Below are positions 49,775 through 61,475 of a stretch of 64,000 nt of DNA, one piece after another. The DNA is from Macrostomum hystrix (Eukaryota > Animalia > Platyhelminthes). The notes below the pieces were generated by a model, which was given only the letters and a program-made list of their open reading frames with translations, had not been told where the DNA came from and ran no database searches. Each line of letters begins with the position of its first letter. Positions within the stretch are counted from its first letter, which is position 1. Position numbers and translations under genes: made by a program. The DNA is taken from the NCBI GenBank assembly GCA_950097015.1, contig CATNEN010000029.1, positions 2,418,001 to 2,482,000 of the forward strand. Direction: 5' to 3'.

Positions 49775-52700
49775 ATGGAAACAGAACCGCACCGAGATCA
49801 GCCAAGTCCATACCAGGCACAGGATGATGAGCACGGCAACTGGGGCGGTGGAAATAGCATCGTGAGTCGTATTCTCAGACGATGCCGTCCACTGAAGGAA
49901 CAGCAGCAGCAAAGTAACGAAGGCAGCAGTGGTATTCAAAGAATTTCCATACTTGAAGACGCTGTGAAGCCGACGATGGAGTCGTTAATCGGCTCGGAGG
50001 AGCGGGGGGAGCGTTTCAGCGATAACAATGTTAACAATGTTGATTGCATCGGATCGGGGGCGTGTGCCGCAAGCGAATCGAGCGAGAGCGACAATCTTGT
50101 CACTCAGAATAATGGTAAGTCAGCCTTCTTAATTGAGTTATGGGATCAGTCCATATTACAACCGATTTCCGTATGAAGTCAGTTCCCATTCGGAATATTC
50201 CGATATCTAGCCCCAGATTGTACCTAATCACCCAAGAAATCCCAACAACCCGCCATTTTCCGGCTCCAATGCGACAGAAGGCGTTAGGAATTCTCATCTC
50301 TCGAATATCTTGGAGTCGGCAATCGACAGCAATAAAGTAAAATCCCTCCTATATTTTCCTTGCTTTTTGCTTAGCACCAGAAGAGGACACTGAGAGGAAG
50401 ACCAACGCAGAGGGGTCTGCCAGCCAGAAGCAGCAGAGTGAGCAGAAATCTTCAAAAGGGAAGAAGACTCGCGAGCAGATCTTCTTGGCCAATGAGGCTG
50501 CCGCTAGAAAACGGGCCGAAAAGCACTGGACAGTGGATAATGAGGCCTACGATTTCAAGTTAGTTCAAATGCTAACGGAAGAGTCTGAATATTCTGATGG
50601 GGCAGAGTCAGAGACTGGGACACTGGTAGAAGGAGGGCGTAACGAATTCTGGGAAGAGTCAGAGACTGGGACACTGGTAGAAGGAGGGCGTAACGAATTC
50701 TGGGAAGAGTCAGAGACTGGAACACTGGTTGAAGGAGGGCGTGACGAATTCTGGGAAGAGTCAGAGACTGGGACACTGGTTGAAGGAGGGCGTGACGAAT
50801 TCTGGGAAGAGTCAGAGACTGGGACACTGGTTGAAGGAGGGCGTGACGAATTCTGGGAAGAGTCAGAGACTGGGACACTGGTTGAAGGAGGGCGTGACGA
50901 ATTCTGGGAAGAGTCAGAGACTGGGACACTGGTAGAAGGAGTGCCTGAAAAATCCTGGGATGAGTCAGAGACTGGGCAACTGGAAGAAGTACCTGATCGA
51001 TTACACGAGTTGGATGCTGAGATCGGTTCCAAATCCAAACTTTTATTACTCAACCTGCTAATTGCTGGGCTATAACTAATGTCTAGGCGCGTCCTGCTCC
51101 ACTACACAAACGTTGACAAGCGCATTAAGCCGAAGGACATGAAGTACGTAGTTGACCACCGTGAGAAATCGATTTGCGATCAATACGGCAAGGTGATGCG
51201 CACGGTGATCCGAGGCGCCATTCACCCGCTGATTGACAACGTTGTGAACGGCTTCTGTCAGCGCATGGGCATGTCCGAGGCGAAGAGGGTGCCAACGGTG
51301 GAGGAGCGAATGTTTCTGTGGTTTAACCGCGAGAAGGCTTTGAAGCTAAATGATGCGAATGGGTCCAAAAAAGCAGGTTGGAAATTTTTAATTTATCCTT
51401 GTAGCTTGCTGCGCGTAGATATTTTCGCCTATTAAAAAATTATTAATTACGAGCGTAAGAGCTTTGAACTGCATATCACTACCGATTCACACTGATTCGC
51501 GTTGTAAGTCTAGTTTTATGCGTACATACCAATGAGTGATCTCAGGTGTGCGGTGTGATGCCAAAAATGGTCTTCGATAACACCCAGATTCTAGTTTCAT
51601 TCACCTTATGAAAAAAACCGATTCCCAGGTGTACTTCGTCAACTTTATCACCTGGGACAACATGTTGACGGATCTCCAGAGCCTCAACTCGCGTCTATCG
51701 CACTGCAACATGCGCCTGGGCCAGATCTACCCGGACCACTACTGCTACGACGAAGAAAAGATTAAGGAAGTGTTTCACGCCAAGGTCAACGTCAAGTCTG
51801 ACACACCCATGCCAAAAATGCTCTTTGTTGAGAAGCAGTCAATATGCGAGCATGTGTTCGAGTCGCAAGACCTAAATAAGGCCTGCGAGGAAAAGGGCTG
51901 CCCTAATTTTGGCAAGAAAATGTGTCGCTGCTTCAGACTTGGTATCTTCATGCCGGAGACCATGGTGCTGGCTACGAAGACCCAGTTTGAGTCTGTGCTC
52001 AGGAACTTCGTTGGTAAGGCCGGTGAAGCTTAAAAAAAAAGTCACGGTAGATTTTGCCGAAATTATTTTCGATAGACTATCGAAAACAGAGAGACGCTCT
52101 GTTCAGTTCTTAGTTTGAAAACTCACAGACACATCCAGCCCGTTACCCAATCACCGCTCGTATCACCGCAGAGGACAGGTACATCAACCATCGCTGGCTG
52201 ATCCGCGCCTCCAATCTGAAGAGCGGCAACGGGGTACAGTTCATTGACTCCGCCGCCGAGCTAGAGACCTTCTTGCGCTACGACATTCGAAAAAGTGTGC
52301 GCGGTCAGTTCTACATCATGCAAAGGTAAGACAAAAAAGTTGTTTTATGAAATACGCTTGCTGCTGGTGGTTTCCTGTTTTGCAATTCAACCAGCGAACC
52401 CTCAAAGGACCCTCAGAGAACACTGTGGCTCAAAAATCCCGGGCCTTTCCCATGCGAGACGACTCGTTGAGACAGGAGGGGGATTCAGAAAAAAGGGCCA
52501 CTATGATGAGAGCTGTCCTGCCGGTAGCAGTAGTTTCACTGACTGATTTCTCTCAACAGGCCTGCATTTCAACAGTATAAGTACAGCTAATCTGGTTCAG
52601 TTCACCTTCTTGGAGGTATTGCATAAAAAAAAATAGTTTCTCAACTTTCTCAATGAAAAAAGGTAGATTAGACCTAGTTTAAAGATAACCGGAGCAGTCC

Positions 52701-54964
52701 GAAGCTCGCAACAGGCTCCCTGAGCTCGAAACCGCGGCGAGGCCACATTTATTTGTGGCGCAGCCGCGGAGAGAAGGCTGGGGGGGGCTTTCCATGCATA
52801 CAAAACTATAAACTTTTCGTTCTAAATTCGATTGCTTAACACCCTCTCACCTGTTGTCAGGTACCTCAAGAATCCCATGCTAATGGGAATGCGCAGATTC
52901 GACTGTCGCATGTTCCTGCTGATCTGCGTGCTGTCAGAACGTCGTGTTGTTGGATTCCTGCATCCGGGCTACATGCGCGTGGCCCAGCAAGACTTCGATC
53001 CGAAGAGTAAAGACCTTCGCTGTCATCTGACTTGGCCGTTTACCTGGGATCCGGAGTACAACAGGTAACTATTCATAACCTGAAAGTAATTTAAACGTTG
53101 AAAAAACGAAATCAAATGAATAATGTTAGCTCTTCGTACCCGGATATGCTAGTTCAAAGAACCCGGATATATTAGTTCAAAGAATGCGGATATACTAGTT
53201 CAAAGAATCAGGTATACTAGTTCAAAGAACCCGGATATGCTAGTTCAAAGAACTCGGATATACTAGTTCAAAGAACCCGGATATACTAGTTCAAAGAACC
53301 CGGATATACTAGTTCAAAGAACCCGGTTATACTAGTTCAAAGAACCCAGGTATACTAGTTCAAAGAACCCGGATATACTAGTTCAAAGAACCCGGATATA
53401 CTAGTTCAAAGAACCCGGTTATACTAGTTCAAAGAACCCAGGTATACTAGTTCAAAGAACCCGGATATACTAGTTCAAAGAACCCGGATATGCTAGTTCA
53501 AAGAACCCGGATATACTAGTTCAAAGAACCCGGATATACTAGTTCAAAGAACCCGGATATACTAGTTCAAAGAACCCAGGTATACTAGTTCAAAGAACCC
53601 GGATATACTAGTTCAAAGAACCCGGATATGCTAGTTCAAAGAACCCAGATATACTAGTTCAAAGAACCCAGATATACTAGTTCAAAGAGCCCGGATATGG
53701 TAGTTCAAAGAACCTGTGTATGGTGTTCAAAGAACCCGGATGTTGCATTATTATCTGAGTATGATGTCGCGGCACCAACTTTGATCAACCGCCTAAAAAC
53801 TATGTCGCATCTCACATCTTAAATATGAAATCTCCCTTCTTTATCTAAAATGGGAGAATCGCTTTGCTTTAGCCTGTCACAAAGACATGCTCAGAAAACT
53901 GGCATGAATGAAGATAAAAGTGTAAAAATAGGGGTTCGCCTCCACGTTGCGTCTTCGGACCGCCCTTCGGATAAGTCCGGTAAGTCAAAAGACTAGGGGT
54001 AAAACATGAAACATGACACTTAATTTCAGACTATGAATGCGGGAACGACTTAGCAGTGTGACATTAGCCCAGCCAATCATGTTATCAGCAAGAAAGCAGT
54101 TGATTTTCCATTCTAGGTACAAGGGCAAAAACCCTGAGAAGCTGCCAGATTATTGCCATGCATACTCCAGCGCGTGCACAAAGCTGGAGCTGCCAAAGCT
54201 CGACTACAAAACCTTCGACCAAGAATTGCTCGCCGGGAATCACTTTATCGCCAAGCTCAACTGCATCGTCCAGGAGATTGTGCGCAATATGGAGTCCATC
54301 ATTTACGACAAGCCCGGCACCTGGCAGTTGTTCGGCTTGGACTTGACGGTCGACAGCGACAAGAATCCTTGGCTGTACGATGTCATGACCTACCCAAGCG
54401 TCAATGAGCCGGACTTCTTTTCAGAGACTCAGAACAAAATACTGCCAGCCGTCTTTACAGAGGCTGTATGCATCGGCTTTGAGCTGAATCAGCGAGACTT
54501 TGCCACCAGATCGCGGATGGAATGGATGGACCTGCCGGATGTACCGTTTAACAAGCAAGGTGAGGTGTTTTGTGATAGAGGTGTATTTTTTTGCTTCTCG
54601 ATGTGCTTTCTGCAAAGTGTAAGATACGATCTATAATTTTACTATAAATTTTACTATATTCTCAAAACCAAATAACGCAGGCATCATCACAGCTCAGCAG
54701 AATTTCATCTGGATGTACAGCACCAGTCCTGAAAGACTGCTGAGCTACAAGGAGGTCAGGAAGATCCCTCGCCTGCACTGGTATCATAAGTGGCGCGTTG
54801 CGGAGGACTTCAACGACTATATTTTGTACCTGAAGAACTTCCGCTTAGATAGCATCGTACGCATGGAGGACAATAATATCTATGGTCGGAAGACATTCGA
54901 CAACTCGCCGATGTTCAAGGCGAAACAACAGTTGAAGAAATCTGGCAAAGAGCCGCCCCAATGA
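49775..54964 (+). CDS. Tubulin-tyrosine ligase-like (TTLL, TTLL10-like ATP-grasp) protein with degenerate active site
   Basis: Exons 49775-50114, 50375-50558, 51087-~51376, (unresolved 51377-51628), 51629-52013, 52172-52325, 52861-53064, 54117-54559, 54681-54964. TTL-domain motifs: 'QIYPDHY' (~FxPxTY), 'WLIRASNLKSGNGVQFI' (~WIxKPxxxxxGxGIxL), 'YIMQRYLKNPMLMGMRRFDCRMFLLI', 'HPGYMRVAQQDFDPKSKDLRCHLT', 'WQLFGLDLTVDSDKNPWLYDVMTYPS'. Confidence 0.82.
50605..50985 (+). repeat. 51-bp tandem repeat (17-codon acidic unit SETGTLVEGGRDEFWEE)
   Basis: About 7 copies of 'gagtcagagactgggacactggtagaaggagggcgtaacgaattctgggaa', inside the predicted TTLL intron 50559-51086. Confidence 0.95.
52690..52791 (+). 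mobile_element. tRNA-derived SINE copy (TTLL intron)
   Basis: 'gagctcgaaacc' (B-box-like), then 'gcgaggccacatttatttgtggcgcagccgcggagagaaggctggggggggctt', shared with the copy at 58146. Confidence 0.6.
53135..53745. repeat. 23-bp minisatellite (TTLL intron)
   Basis: Unit 'ctagttcaaagaacccggatata'. Confidence 0.96.
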
Positions 54965-55999
54965 GACAGAGCCGACTGACACAGAGCTGTCACAGAGCCG
55001 ACTGACTTCTACGAGCTACTACTCATTCATTTTCTCATCCTTTTTCTTCTTGTTTTTGCCTCTCTCTTTGAGGCCTCCAACTCTTCCGCTTTTGCTTCCC
55101 CTAGACAGGCAGGAAAATGTTTTATTTTAGCAGGCGTCCAGTAGGTGTAAAATGCTTGCACTTTTATATTCCATCTTATTGTATTTGCGAACCAGCGGTG
55201 GATGCGAGAGGCCTGTTCGAGTGCTGAGTACTGCTCAATTAGTTAAAATTCTATGTATAAAAAATATCAAAGCTCTCAAACTGTTCTGTCTGTATGAATC
55301 AGTTTTCATTGAAACTGTCAGTTACTCGACACCGCTCACTCGCAAAGCCGATTCAGTCGTCGCAAAGGTATTTAGCAAGCGAAAAAATACAAAAGGAACT
55401 AACTCGAACGGACTGGCCAGGCTTGTCTCGTTTTCGCTTCCGCACTACGAGTGATGCTTGTTTATTATAGACTAGCCAGTCTAGCAGATAGTCAGGGCCA
55501 CACTTGACAAGCAGGCAGCAATCGTTTCGCAAACAATGTTGCCGATAATCACTGTCATGCAAAAACTACCTGAATGAATCACACTTTTAGGCAATGAAGG
55601 TGAGTGCAAAAATGAATATAAGTAGTGTAACTAATTATTAACTTATTATATAAACAGTTTTCAATTAATAGTGAAGCACTTGGCTGTACCCAGTGCAACT
55701 CTACATGTTGAAAATGACTGAATCCTTGAAGAGCGATGCAATAAGAATCAGCTGGAGACAAATTCACAATCTGAAATGAGGGAGGCCACTGTACAGCTCG
55801 GGGAAATTTGGGGATTTAGGGGAGTAGGCAAGTTTATCGCGCAAAACTTCTTACAGAAAGGTGCGATTGTAAGAACGAGCTTTTAATACGCGTGTTTTCA
55901 ATTCGATATAAATAGTATTGATGGGCTCCAATAAGCAGAACAGGATTGTGTAATTTTTTTATCGTGTTTGATTGTCTCAATTTACAAAGTAGGCATCAA

Positions 56000-56270
56000 T
56001 TTGTCTGTCAGTGTCTGTCAGGGTCTGTCAGTGTCTGTGAGTGTCTGTGAGTGTCTGTGAGTGTCTGTGAGTGTCTGTGAGTGTCTGTCAGTGTCTGTCA
56101 GTGTCTGTCAGTGTCTGTCAGTGTCTGTGAGTGTCTGTCAGTGTCTGTGAGTGTCTGTCAGTGTCTGTCAGTGTCTGTCAGTGTCTGTGAGTGTCTGTCA
56201 GTGTCTGTGAGTGTCTGTCAGTGTCTGCCAGTGTCAATAAGCTGTCAGTGTCAATAGGCTGTCAGTGTAC
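56000..56270. repeat. 10-bp repeat (GTGTCTGT(C/G)A)n between TTLL and Lhx 3' ends
   Basis: Direct reading. Confidence 0.95.
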
Positions 56271-56396
56271 TAGAGTAAAGATTTTTTAGATCGTGACCAT
56301 AACTAAGCATGTAAAACAACGATTTACGCAGTTAGAGAACGAATCTGTTGTCTCGCAGTCATTTGTAAATGAGTGAATCAGCGAAGCGCCATGCAG

Positions 56397-59300
56397 TCAG
56401 GCTAGGCAGTTCACATTATGCATGGAGAAGTAGTCTCCTCCACTGGGCGACTCTGGCGATACGGCCAAGCCACCGTCGCCGCCGCTCAAACCGACGTCGT
56501 CTCTGCCTACGCCGCCGCTGCCGTAGCTCAAGCCTGCAGGTTGCTGGCAAATCGCGGACTCGATGGCTGAGCTGACAGATGCTGCCTGCTGATGCAGCAG
56601 CTGATGCTGCTGCAGCTGCTGGCCCTGGTGGTGAAGATGATGCTGGTGATGGTGGTGGCTGAACTCGGGCACGGAGCCAGTGCTAGACAGATCCGACAGG
56701 TCGTCCGGCGATGCCGAGGCCGCGTGGCAGTGCAGACTGGCCGACTTCTGGTGCCCCGAAGCTGCTGCGCCACTCATCATAGCGTGAGCAGCTTCGTCTA
56801 GCTGCTGCTGTTGCTGCTGCTGCTGGGGCTGTTGAAGCTGCTGCTGCGGCGGCGGCTGCTGCTGCTGCTTCAATAGTGATCGTCGGTACTTGGCCCGCGC
56901 GTTTTGAAACCAAACCTAGCATTGGTTGGGGAATTGTGGCGGGATTTGGGGAATATATTTTTGTAGGCAGTAGACACGACTTTACTACTGCAAGTAGTAG
57001 CAATGACAACGTGGAAAACACGTGACTCTCAATTCTTGCAAAAATAGCTATCGGCCGATTTTAAGCAGAAAGTTAATTTTCGAGTTGGTTATTGTCAGTT
57101 TTTCTAAACCAAACTTAATTAATCGTGAACCATCGTGAGACAGCAGCCGGGCTAGCATTTTAGTAACCGACAGGTTGTCCTATCGATTTTTTCAGATATT
57201 TCTTTAATCCTTTAACAGGCTTTTTTACAAACAAAATACTGGATATTTGCGCTTTTTCTAGTAGGATTGTTTTTTTAAAGAACTTTATAAAGGCCTCTGA
57301 AATTAATTTAAAAAATTGACTTTGAAAATCAATTGAGCAAATCATCACATACTCAGATTATATCCCTAAAAAGGTTGTGTCCTTCATGCATTTCTTGCTT
57401 AATATATCGGTCGTCAACTATGTTGTCGCAAATAGAGAATATTTTGCTTCCTTTCTCTTTAGTAGCTGTTGAGTAGTAAGTTAGGAGTTTTTGTTTTGTT
57501 TGTATTCAAAGAGTCAAAACTGACCTGCAGGACTCTTTTGCTGAGTCCAGTCTTCTGGGCGAGCTGCTTCAGGTCTTTGCTGTCCGGATTGTGGTTGATG
57601 ATGAAGTAGCTCTTCATGGTGCGCAGCTGGTGGTGCTTGAAGCTGGTGCGGACTCGCTTCTGCCGCTGTCCCGGCGTACCAGACGATCCCCCGGCCGCCG
57701 ACGCGCCGCCGTCGCCGACTCCACTAGCACCGCTGCCTCCGCCTACGCCATCGCCGCCGCCGGCTCCGCCGCAACCGCTGCTGGCTGAGTTGGGCGAATG
57801 GCAGCAAGCGTCGCTGGCCATTTCAGAGCCTGTAGCGGGTCCCATAGAGATAAGATTAGCATGTTAAACTCTTCGTTCGGAGGACCGATTTCAATACAAG
57901 GCGTTTTTTCTTCAGAAGCTTCAGCGGTGATAATAATAATTGCAGGAGGGCAGCGGGCAATGGCACATCATTTGGTGACACTAGACCCGCAGCCAGCGAG
58001 GAGGCAATTCTGTCCATTTCGCTGACTCCAGAGCACACACGCACACAGACACCGTACGCAGGCACACGCTCACACAGGTGTGTACATCTGCCCTGACTTT
58101 CTCATTGTCAGGCAGTGCACACTCTCACTGTGCCTTGTGCACGAGAAGCCCCCAAGCCTTCTCTCCGCGGCTGCGCCCCAAAGAAATGTGGCCTCGCCAT
58201 CGAATCGAACTTAGGGCCGTGGTGCGAGAGGCAAACGCGTTAACCGCTCTGCCACCGACCCCCCTAGCTTCAGCGATAGTTTATGTTTGTCGATCTGACA
58301 ACGCAAACGTAGGCGCCTCTTTCTTGAAGTATTCAAAAAAGTCTGCAACAATTAATCAATTGTTTCGAAAAACTAAACTGACGCCCGAGGGTTGATTGTC
58401 CAAGTTTTGTTTGACTAAAGTGGCCACAGCCTGTCCCTGATGCAATTTCGGCCATCTTATAGTACCATGTCTAGCAGAAGCCCCATCCTGAGTCTGACCC
58501 TCGGGGTGGAGATGTCTGCAGGAGGTGAGGAGCCAGATGAGGCAGCCCTTGTGTCGGAATGGAAGCATGCTAATAGGCTGGCTCCTATACTCGTGTCCGA
58601 ACGCCTCATTAAGCAGAATCCCCGCCGAGCACGGACACCCGCTGATCCCTGCTGTCCTTTGGAAGCGATTGGGAGGCCAATTCAACCCAGCTCGAGTGGA
58701 GACTGGGAGACTTCTCTCCGCCATTTGTCCGATTCTGGATTCTTACACAATCTTTGAGTAAAGTGTATTTTTAGACCGCGTATTTTTAAAGAGGCCGAAT
58801 CGACAACATCGGTATTTATGTTTTGTCGCGTTTCTTTCTGTGGCACTTGCGACAGAGTCAGAAGTAATTGAAACAGAACGTCTAAGAACAGTTTGTCAGA
58901 AAAAGTTAAGATAGAAAAAGGTAAGCGAGAGAGAATCTGTTGAGTAGAGTGGAATTCCCGCAGTGTTTGCCCAGATGAAGCTGCGTTGGCCCTGTGAATT
59001 TTGGAATCTGGTGTCGAGAGCTGGGTGTGTGTGTCCGGGATGAGCTATGGGATTATTTACCCAACGGAGGCATCTCCCGCCATATTTGAACGGGGATTAT
59101 TTGAGCGGGCCAGGAGAGGGGAGGATGGGATCTTTACAAGCAGCCACTCAAAAAAGCTGAAATCGACACAGAATTGGCGGTTGGGCTGGCGGGGGGCAAG
59201 AACTGATGCAGAAGAAGGCAAAAAATGATTTGAAACTTTTCCCCATTGAATTCTTGCATCCTCATAAGATCCCCCATCCCAATGGGCCACCGTTTGCTTC

Positions 59301-60386
59301 CCCAAACTGTTTCCCAAGCAAGTGGCGGGACCAGAAACTGTGGCATCCCCTTCTCAATTGTCTTCCCCTATTCTGACTAACCGTCCCCTGTTGCGGAATC
59401 CCCATATATTCTTCCTCTTCTTTTACTAAAACTTCTCTTCTTCTGATGCCTTGTTCTTAAAAAAATCAGCAAGCCCATTGAATTCAGGCGGTGGGAAATT
59501 TTGCAGACAGTTGAAGATTGTCGGCCCAGCCTTGTCGCCCGTGTGGAACAGTTTTCTAGCGCGAATTCAGTTTGCTTTGGGAGAAATCATTTTGAATTCC
59601 AGGCATACAAGCCAATAATTTTCCTGCCAGATGATGTCGAAAGATGTTCGGGAAATAGCTTAGGCGTTATCAGATGCGGCCGAGTGTCACCTGTCTCTCT
59701 GCTGAATATCAAACAGATTTTATCACCTCTCAGAAGGAGTCAGGTAAGGTTCAGTTTGCTCACCGAGCTGCTCTAGCGGGTCGCCGCCAACTCCAAACAC
59801 GCCGGACACGAAGCCCAAGTCCATCGCGTCACTGGACAGCGCCGACGCCAGAGTCACGGTCGTCGTGGCTGCCGCTGACGACGCGATCGTCACGAGCTCC
59901 TCCTTCACAACGCCGCTATCAAAGCTGCAAGCTATCTGCTGATGCAGGTGATGCTGCTGGACAATGCCCAGCTCCTCCTGATGATGTAGAGCAGTTGGCA
60001 GCTGGGTCTGCGGTGGCACGTCGGCCGACTTTTTGGCCGAAGTCTTTCGCGGCCGGCCTTTGCCACCGCGAGCCTGCTTGCCGCCCGCGGTGTCGACTTT
60101 AGTTGTCGAAATTTCTACCTCCGCCGAGGAGTCGCCCAGAATGAACTGCGGCGGCGGTGGGGGATGCGCCTGCACCAGCTGCTGATGCTGAAGGTGAAAC
60201 CGGCAGAAGACGGCGCCGCCGACGCTCAAGCCGAACTCGTCGCCAGGTGAGAAGCGGCGCTCGCAGGCCGGCCAGTGGCAGGTGAAGCAGGCCAGGTGGA
60301 AGTGATGCTCTCGAGCCTTCATCACTAGATCGGCCGGGTTGAGGCTGAGGCCACAGCGGCTGCAGGACTGGCGCGCGCTGAAGAGG
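56397..60386 (-). CDS. LHX2/9: LIM-homeobox protein Lhx2/9 (apterous), 5'-partial (LIM2 + homeodomain exons)
   Basis: Minus-strand exons 60386-59764, 57829-57525, 56915-56397 (TGA). LIM2: 'CSRCGLSLNPADLVMKAREHHFHLACFTCHWPACERRFSPGDEFGLSVGGAVFCRFH'. Homeodomain: 'RQKRVRTSFKHHQLRTMKSYFIINHNPDSKDLKQLAQKTGLSKRVLQ|VWFQNARAKYRR', near-identical to the Lhx2/9/apterous homeodomain, with an intron between LQ and VWFQN. Confidence 0.95.
58146..58264 (-). mobile_element. tRNA-derived SINE, most complete copy (Lhx intron)
   Basis: The reverse complement reads 'ggggtcggTGGCAGAGCGGttaacgcg...ctaaGTTCGATTCgatggcgaggccacatttctttggggcgcagccgcggagagaaggcttgggggctt'. It has Pol III A and B boxes plus a 3' core shared by two other copies, and it does not fold into a proper cloverleaf. 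Confidence 0.7.
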
Positions 60387-60424
60387 CTGCGAGATGGCGG
60401 GTCAAAAATTGCACCATTGAACAG

Positions 60425-61475
60425 ACTTTATCCAGCTTGTGAACTTATCCAGCTTGTGAACTTATCCAGCTTTTGAACTTATCCAGCTTGTGAACTTATC
60501 CAGCTTGTGAATATTTATCCAGCTTGTGAGCTTATCCAGCTTGTGAACTTATCCAGCTTGTGAACTTATCCAGCTTGTGAACTTATCCAGCTTTTGAACT
60601 TATCCAGCTTGTGAACTTATCCAGCTTGTGAACTTATCCAGCTTGTGAACTTATCCAGCTTGTGAACTTATCCAGCTTGTGAACTTATCCAGCTTGTGAA
60701 CTTATCCAGCTTGTGAGCTTATCCAGCTTGTGAACTTATCCAGCTTGTGAACTTATCCAGCTTGTGAATATTTATCCAGCTTGTGAGCTTATCCAGCTTG
60801 CGAACTAATCCAGCTTGTGAGCTTATCCAGCTTGTGAACTTATCCAGCTTGTGAACTTATCCAGCTTGTGAACTTATCCAGCTTGTGAACTTATCCAGCT
60901 TGTGAATTTATCCAGCTTGTGAGCTTATCCAGCTTGTGAACTTATCCAGCTTGTGAACTTATCCAGCTTGTGAACTTATCCAGCTTGTGAACTTATCCAG
61001 CTTGTGAACTTATCCAGCTTGTGAACTTATCCAGCTTGTGAGCTTATCCAACTTGTGAACTTATCCAGCTTGTGAACTTATCCAGCTTGTGAGCTTATCC
61101 AGCTTGTGAACTTATCCAGCTTGTGAACTTATCCAGCTTGTGAACTTATCCAGCTAGTGAACTTATCCAGCTTGTGAACTTATCCAGCTTGTGAACTTAT
61201 CCAGCTTGTGAACTTATCCAGCTTGTGAACTTATCCAGCTTGTGAACTTATCCAGCTTGTGAGCTTATCCAGCTTGTGAACTTATCCAGCTTGTGAACTT
61301 ATCCAGCTTGTGAACTTATCCAGCTTGTGAACTTATCCAGCTTGTGAACTTATCCAGCTTGTGAACTTATCCAGCTTGTGAGCTTATCCAGCTTGTGAAC
61401 TTATCCAGCTTGTGAACTTATCCAGCTTGTGAGCTTATCCAGCTTGTGAACTTATCCAGCTAGTGAGTTTATCTG
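60425..61475. repeat. 17-bp minisatellite in Lhx intron just upstream of LIM2 exon
   Basis: Unit 'cttatccagcttgtgaa', about 60 copies, ending about 40 nt from the acceptor at 60387. Confidence 0.98.

Noticed and set aside
58190-58264. tRNA gene
   Set aside because: A/B boxes are present but acceptor and anticodon stems do not pair, and the 3' extension is shared with other copies, so it was called a SINE.
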